Below, in pieces: positions 59,137 through 64,000 of a stretch of 64,000 nt of DNA; the stretch's first letter is position 1; every line of letters starts with the position of its first letter. Origin of the DNA: an uncultured Verrucomicrobiae bacterium (GTDB lineage Bacteria; Verrucomicrobiota; Verrucomicrobiia; Chthoniobacterales; Terrimicrobiaceae); the NCBI GenBank assembly GCA_963706955.1, contig CAVPOC010000006.1, positions 313,643 to 377,642 of the forward strand. Direction: 5' to 3'. Both the position numbers and the translations under genes were made by a program. The notes beneath the pieces were generated by a model. The model saw nothing but the letters and a program-made list of their open reading frames with translations, searched no databases and was not told the DNA's origin.

Positions 59137-59734
59137 CTAGCGGCTCAGCGCTGCGTGAATCGAATAGTGGCGTTCGACGGAACTCGACCATTTACGATGA
59201 GCGAATCCCAGAGCACCAACTCCCAGGAAAGAAGGCCATTGTGTCACCGGCGTCCGGAACCGGAGTCGTTGTTCTGACAGTGACTGAGAAGGCTCCGCTG
59301 TTGTCCACGTAGTAGTCGTCGTTGAAACCAAGATATAGTCTGCCGCTCAAGGCTGTCAGCTCGCTATACGAAGAACCCAAAAAGCCGAGGCCCCCTCCGG
59401 GAGCGCTTTCAGGAAGCGCGACTTCGCCGATCCTTCCAATTAGGCTTAAATGAATCGCCGTCGGAAGCGGGTCACCCGGCACCGTTTGCGTGCCGTCCCA
59501 GCCGGGTCCAACGCCATTAGGATCCGCCCCGGCGATCGACGTTGTGTCAAATCTCACCGTTCCAGAAGCGTCGATCTGCAGTAGTTGGCCTGAAACGATG
59601 TCGATACCAGTGTCGGACCAAGGAATGGTCGATGGAACTTCAACAGTCACTGTCGTCGCAAATGAGGTGGAATGTGCTGCTATCGCAATAAAGGCGCACG
59701 ATAGAATGGAAAGAAGCGATGAGGGGACGTTCAT
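59137..59734 (-). pseudogene. LecA/PA-IL-like domain protein with VPDSG-CTERM-type sorting signal, frameshift in the TM tail
   Basis: Signal peptide; WSDTGIDI, LIGRIG, RLYLGFNDDYYVDNSGAFSVTV; then VPDAGDT, with LGVGALGFAHRK in the shifted frame. Confidence 0.7.
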
Positions 59735-60094
59735 GGTTTGGCGGTATACTCGGTCGGGAAAATTTGGCAATGCTCTTAACAGTGACCCGGCCAGACCCTA
59801 ACAGGGAACCCTGTGCAGCAGTTATTTGAGCTGCCAATCGCGCTGAGGCAACGCATATTGAGCGTCCCTTCTGGACCAGTTCGCAAACTTGAAAGTGTCC
59901 TCTCCGAATTGAAACTCCCGCCCAACGCGATGGTCACGGTTGTAAGCATCTGGGCCAGCTTCTTAGGCGGCCAGCGGATCAAAGTCGAAGGTGAACAGGA
60001 TCCCGATCAGGACGGCGAGGCAGTAGATGATGGCCACGAGCCAGAGGACGGGGTTGAAGCGTGGGTCTGTCATTGCTTCTCCCAAGAGGGAACT

Positions 60095-60273
60095 GCGCTG
60101 CTTCAGATGACGGCACCGCAAGGCTGTGGAATGCCAAAACGGGCCAAGCCGTGGGCGAGCCAATGCAGCACGACGGCGCTGTCACCTCGGCGCAGTTCAG
60201 TCCCGATGGTCGGCGAGTGGTTACCACCTCAGAGGACAATACAGCCCGGCTTTGGGACGTGCCGACGCGCTAG
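60095..60273 (+). pseudogene. WD40-repeat gene fragment
   Basis: ASDDGTARLWNAKTGQAVGEPMQHDGAVTSAQFSPDGRRVVTTSEDNTARLWD; only about 1.5 repeats remain. Confidence 0.8.
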
Positions 60274-60445
60274 CGGCAGTCTTGCCGAAACTGCTATTGG
60301 TTTCTGGCGTCTGCCGCACTTCGAGCGCATGGGTGGCACCAAAGTGCTTGTCGAGCTTCTCGGGCGCGACAAGCAGTCGGGTTCCGAACTTTTAGGGATT
60401 TCGTTCCGAAAGATGGTTTGATCGTCGATCCTCATCCGTGGTTGG

Positions 60446-63400
60446 ATGCGAAGGTGGTCAAGCCGATAAAAGCAGAGGACACACGCATCTGCCCAACTTG
60501 TGGTAAAGAGTTTTCGGCGGCGCTGAAAGTCTGTCCGGTACTGCATGGTGCAGGAGGCTCTCGCTAGTGATGTCGAATCCAGTGAGACCTGTTTGGAACC
60601 TCCGGTCGAACCGACATCCCAAGGTGCAACGCAACGATTTGAGCATTATGCACTGGTGAGGGGCGAAGACGGGAAGCCGGTCGAATTGGGTCGCGGTGCA
60701 ATGGGCGTAACTAACAAGGCATTCGACGTGGACCTGCGATGTCCCGTGGCATTGAAAGTCATCAACGACAAGTATCTTGCTGATGAATTCGCTCGGCCTC
60801 GTTTCCTGCGCGAGGCGCGTGCAGCGGCCAGCGTCCGTCACCCGAATGTTGCCTCGGTTTTTCATCTGGGCAGAAGTGCTGAGGGTTACTTCTACGCCAT
60901 GGAGTTCGTCGAAGGAGAGAACCTCGAGAAACTCATCAAACGCTCGGGCCGGCTCGCCGCCAAGCTGGCGCTTGAGATTGCCGCCAAGTCGCCGCCGGTC
61001 TGGCTGCAGTGCACAAGAAGGGCCTTGTCCACCGAGATATCAAACCAAGCAATATCATGGTAAGCTTGGATGAAGGCGACGGTCCGACAGCGAAGATCAT
61101 CGACCTTGGACTGGCGAAGGGGGAGCCGAATCGCAGTCTGAAGCTGCGATTTCACTGCCTGGAGTCTTCGCCGGACGCCGGAGTTCGCCAGCCCCGAGCA
61201 ATTTGCCGGAGTTGGCGTGGACATTCGTTCGGATCTTTATTCGCTTGGCGTAACGCTCTGGAAGATGCTGACCGGCCAGGCGCCATTCCGGGGCTCCCCT
61301 GCTGAGGTAATGCACCAACACCAGCGCGCACCGTTGTGCCTCGAACAGCTCGAAGGTGTCCCACAGCCGCTCGTCGTTCTCCTTGAGGTGCTCCTTGAGA
61401 AAGACGCGGCACGCCGCTTCGAGAGCCCAGCCGAACTCCTCAAAGTGATACCTACGATAGCAGGCGCTATCGACTCGCGGCGTAGAGTCAATCGCCAGAG
61501 TTTGCAGAAGCTGCCCGCTTATGTTTCAAGCGTTGGAACCCGGACGTCATCAGCAAGACAGGGACCGCGGAAAATTTCGGTGGCGAGGTTGCCGGTCACG
61601 GGAAGCGACGTTTTCGGTCGAGAGGAGGATGTCGCTTTCCTCGATAAGGCGTGGTCAAATCGGCATATCAATATCGCCACAATCGTTGCTTGGGGCGGTG
61701 CCGGGAAGTCTACGCTTGTCAACCACGGCTCGGCCGGATGGCTGCTAAACATTATCGTTCCGCGGAGCTCGTCTATGGCTGGTCATTCTTATCGGCAGGG
61801 CACAAGTGGAGGCACTTCATCCGCCGATGAATTTCTTGACGCTGCTCTCACTTGGTTTGGCGACCCCGATCCCCGGATTGGAACGGCGTGGGAAAAAGGC
61901 GAGAGATTGGCGAAGCTGATCTCGCATCGTCGAACCTTAGTGGTTCTGGAACGGCTTGGACCGCTCCAAAATCCGCCTGGTCCACAAGAAGGTCGGCTCC
62001 GCGATCCTTCTCTCCAGGCGCTTTTGCGCGAACTTGCTGCCTTCAATGCGGGGCTTTGTGTAATTACTACGCGCCTACCGATGGCAGACCTTGCAGAGCA
62101 CGAGCGCAGTTCAGCCCCGCGACGTGACTTGGAACAGCTTTCCAGCGATGCCGGTGCCAGGCTCCTCCGAGCCTTAGGCGTCAAAGGAGCCGAAGCGGAA
62201 TTGCGAAGCACCAGCGACGAGTTTCGCGGTCATTGCCTCGCACTGACGCTTTTGGGCAGTTATCTGACCGGTGCTTATGATGGAGACATTCGCTACCGCA
62301 AAGAAGTGTCAGGGCATCTCTCTCACGATGATCGGCAGGGAGTTCATGCTCGGAACGTGATGGAATCCTACCAGAGCTGGCTTGGGGAGGGTCCCGAGCT
62401 TTCCGTTCTCCGCATGTTAGGTCTGTTTGATCGACCGGCGGACGAAAAGGTGCTTGCAGTCCTGCTGAAGTCCCCCGCTATCCCAGGCCTTACAGAGCCG
62501 CTAACGCATCTGAGTCCGAGCGAGTGGCGAACGATTCTTGCCAGGTTAAGAAGAGCAAGACTCCTCGCTGGAGGAGATCCCCACAATCCTGGGGATCTCG
62601 ATGCGCATCCTCTAGTTCGTGAATACTTTGGTGAACAGCTGCGCGATGGGCAACCGGATGCTTGGAAGGAATGCAATCGGCGACTTTATCACTACTATCG
62701 AAGCCTTGCGCCCCCGCTGCCGAATAGCTTTAAGGGAGATGGAGCTATCATATTCTTAGAGAAGCTGCAATCTATGGTTGCAATGCCGGTTTATATTGCG
62801 AAACGCTAGATGAAGTTCTACATTCTGCGGATCCAGCGGGGAGATGCCTCATTCGCTGCTAATGTCCTCGGAGCCCGAGGAGACATCGCTTTCAGTTTTG
62901 GTCCATTTCTTTGAAAACTTGCGTTGGGCTTCACCTCTGGAAACAGGTCAAGAAGAGCAAACTCACCGCTGATGATCACTAGCTTTTATCTTGGCAGAGG
63001 CGGCGATAAATTTAACCGTAAGCCGGGGATTGGGAGACACCGGAGCCGCGATTTGTTACGAGCGCGTGGTAGTCGTTGTGTCGTTCGGTCGATCGTCCAA
63101 TGCTTCTTTATTTCAGCATTCATAGGCAAGTGGCGAATATTATCTCACTTAATAGTAAAGCGATGACAGCATTCCAAGCTGCAAAAGAAGTTTATTCGGT
63201 GGCGCATGAAGATAACTGACGTTCCGCGCGATTAAGCAGGTGCTTACAACGTTTTGGGATGCAACTACTCTAATTATCTTGGCTATTTCGAAAAAGCACG
63301 ACAATATGCGATTCGTGGCGTTTAGACCTGGCCGCTGTCATTTTTCACTCGCCGGTTCAAGAGGTCGACGCGCCTGTAGTCTCCTGTTTTGTTCCACAAA

Positions 63401-64000
63401 TCACTTTCGGAATGGCACTTAGGCGAGATCAGCTCTTGCCACTAGGCTATGGCGGAAGCGATCCCCACTACAAAAGGAGCTGAAATGATATGGGTGCATT
63501 AGCTAACTCAACATTTAATTTTGTAATTCTCGGTTACTAGCGAACGTGGACGTTCCTCACGCCGAACGTTCTGCATCCGATGTCATCCAGCTTCTCAACT
63601 AGCTACAATCTCCCATTTTGGTACATCAGGACTATCCTTCTGTGGTTGGGTGCACAGCGTTTCAGGTGACACGGTCGAAGCTATTTCAGCGGATCGAACA
63701 GGGGGATAAAAGACTTATCGCGAAAAGACCCGGTTCAACGCTTGGCTTGCCGCTGCGTTTCCTGGCGCTCAAGGCGGAAGCTCTGTTGACTGCAAAATCG
63801 TAGCTCCGAAGCTCTCGAAGGCAGTCGAGGAGGCACAAGAAGTATCTCAAAAGTGTGAAGTGCGTTTTTGGTGCGCCGAACTGCACAGGTTGCACGGAGT
63901 GTTTCTTTAACCATAGGCGCCGACGAGACCGAAATCAAGCTTCGTTCCTGCGAAGCTATCATCCGCACCCGCAAAAGAGCAGAAGTCATTTCGCTGGCGA
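60446..64000 (+). pseudogene. Ser/Thr protein kinase - P-loop ATPase - TPR-like multidomain gene, heavily frameshifted, runs off the window
   Basis: [76 protein letters not shown]. Disruption increases after 62700. Confidence 0.85.

Larger units (their letters stand above)
50505..64000. mobile_element. tRNA-Arg-adjacent genomic island / phage-related element, right boundary not seen
   Basis: Abrupt loss of housekeeping genes; tandem 11-bp repeat at 50558-50579; terminase genes, nucleases and many disrupted ORFs. No second att copy was found in the window. Confidence 0.7.

Noticed and set aside
58790..59160. attC-like sites around the small lipoprotein gene
   Set aside because: Only isolated words (GGCCTAAT, GCTGAGCCGCTAG); no paired AAC/GTT boxes or stem.

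Overview
A GC-rich bacterial chromosome segment, probably Verrucomicrobia (inferred from a VPDSG-CTERM-type sorting motif and the gene repertoire). The intact core includes: a DAGK/YegS lipid kinase (cut by the window edge), a phnDCE-like ABC operon flanked by tonB and modB relics, a DAACS-SBP fusion transporter, a TPR / OmpA-lipoprotein / FHA-ABC / FHA-adenylate cyclase cluster, ribE, a glutaredoxin, a ~13 kb polyol catabolic cluster (probably erythritol/threitol: tkt, sugar ABC, EltD-like dehydrogenase, RpiB/DerI, DhaK, DhaL, SorC-type regulator), HAD/LysR/LysE, a sorbosone dehydrogenase, sodC, oppBC, leuCD, an active plus a catalytically dead DegP/HtrA pair, lysS, an MFS transporter and a LolC/E permease. 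There are two tRNA-anchored islands. (1) A 2.77 kb element at tRNA-Glu(CTC) is bounded by a 30-bp direct repeat and carries a truncated integrase-like gene, a frameshifted HEPN-motif gene, and an RHH gene with a highly structured leader. (2) A region of more than 13 kb follows tRNA-Arg(ACG). It has terS-terL but no portal or capsid gene, an iteron-like origin, two nuclease genes (PD-(D/E)XK; tandem XRE-HTH + GIY-YIG) bordered by attC-like palindromes, and frameshifted NHL, LecA-like/VPDSG-CTERM, WD40 and kinase-ATPase genes. Two REP/REPIN-like repeat families occur in intergenic spaces. No CRISPR array or rRNA was seen. All assignments are from motif recognition by eye; no database searches were run. 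The many frameshifts in the islands could be real decay or assembly indels.
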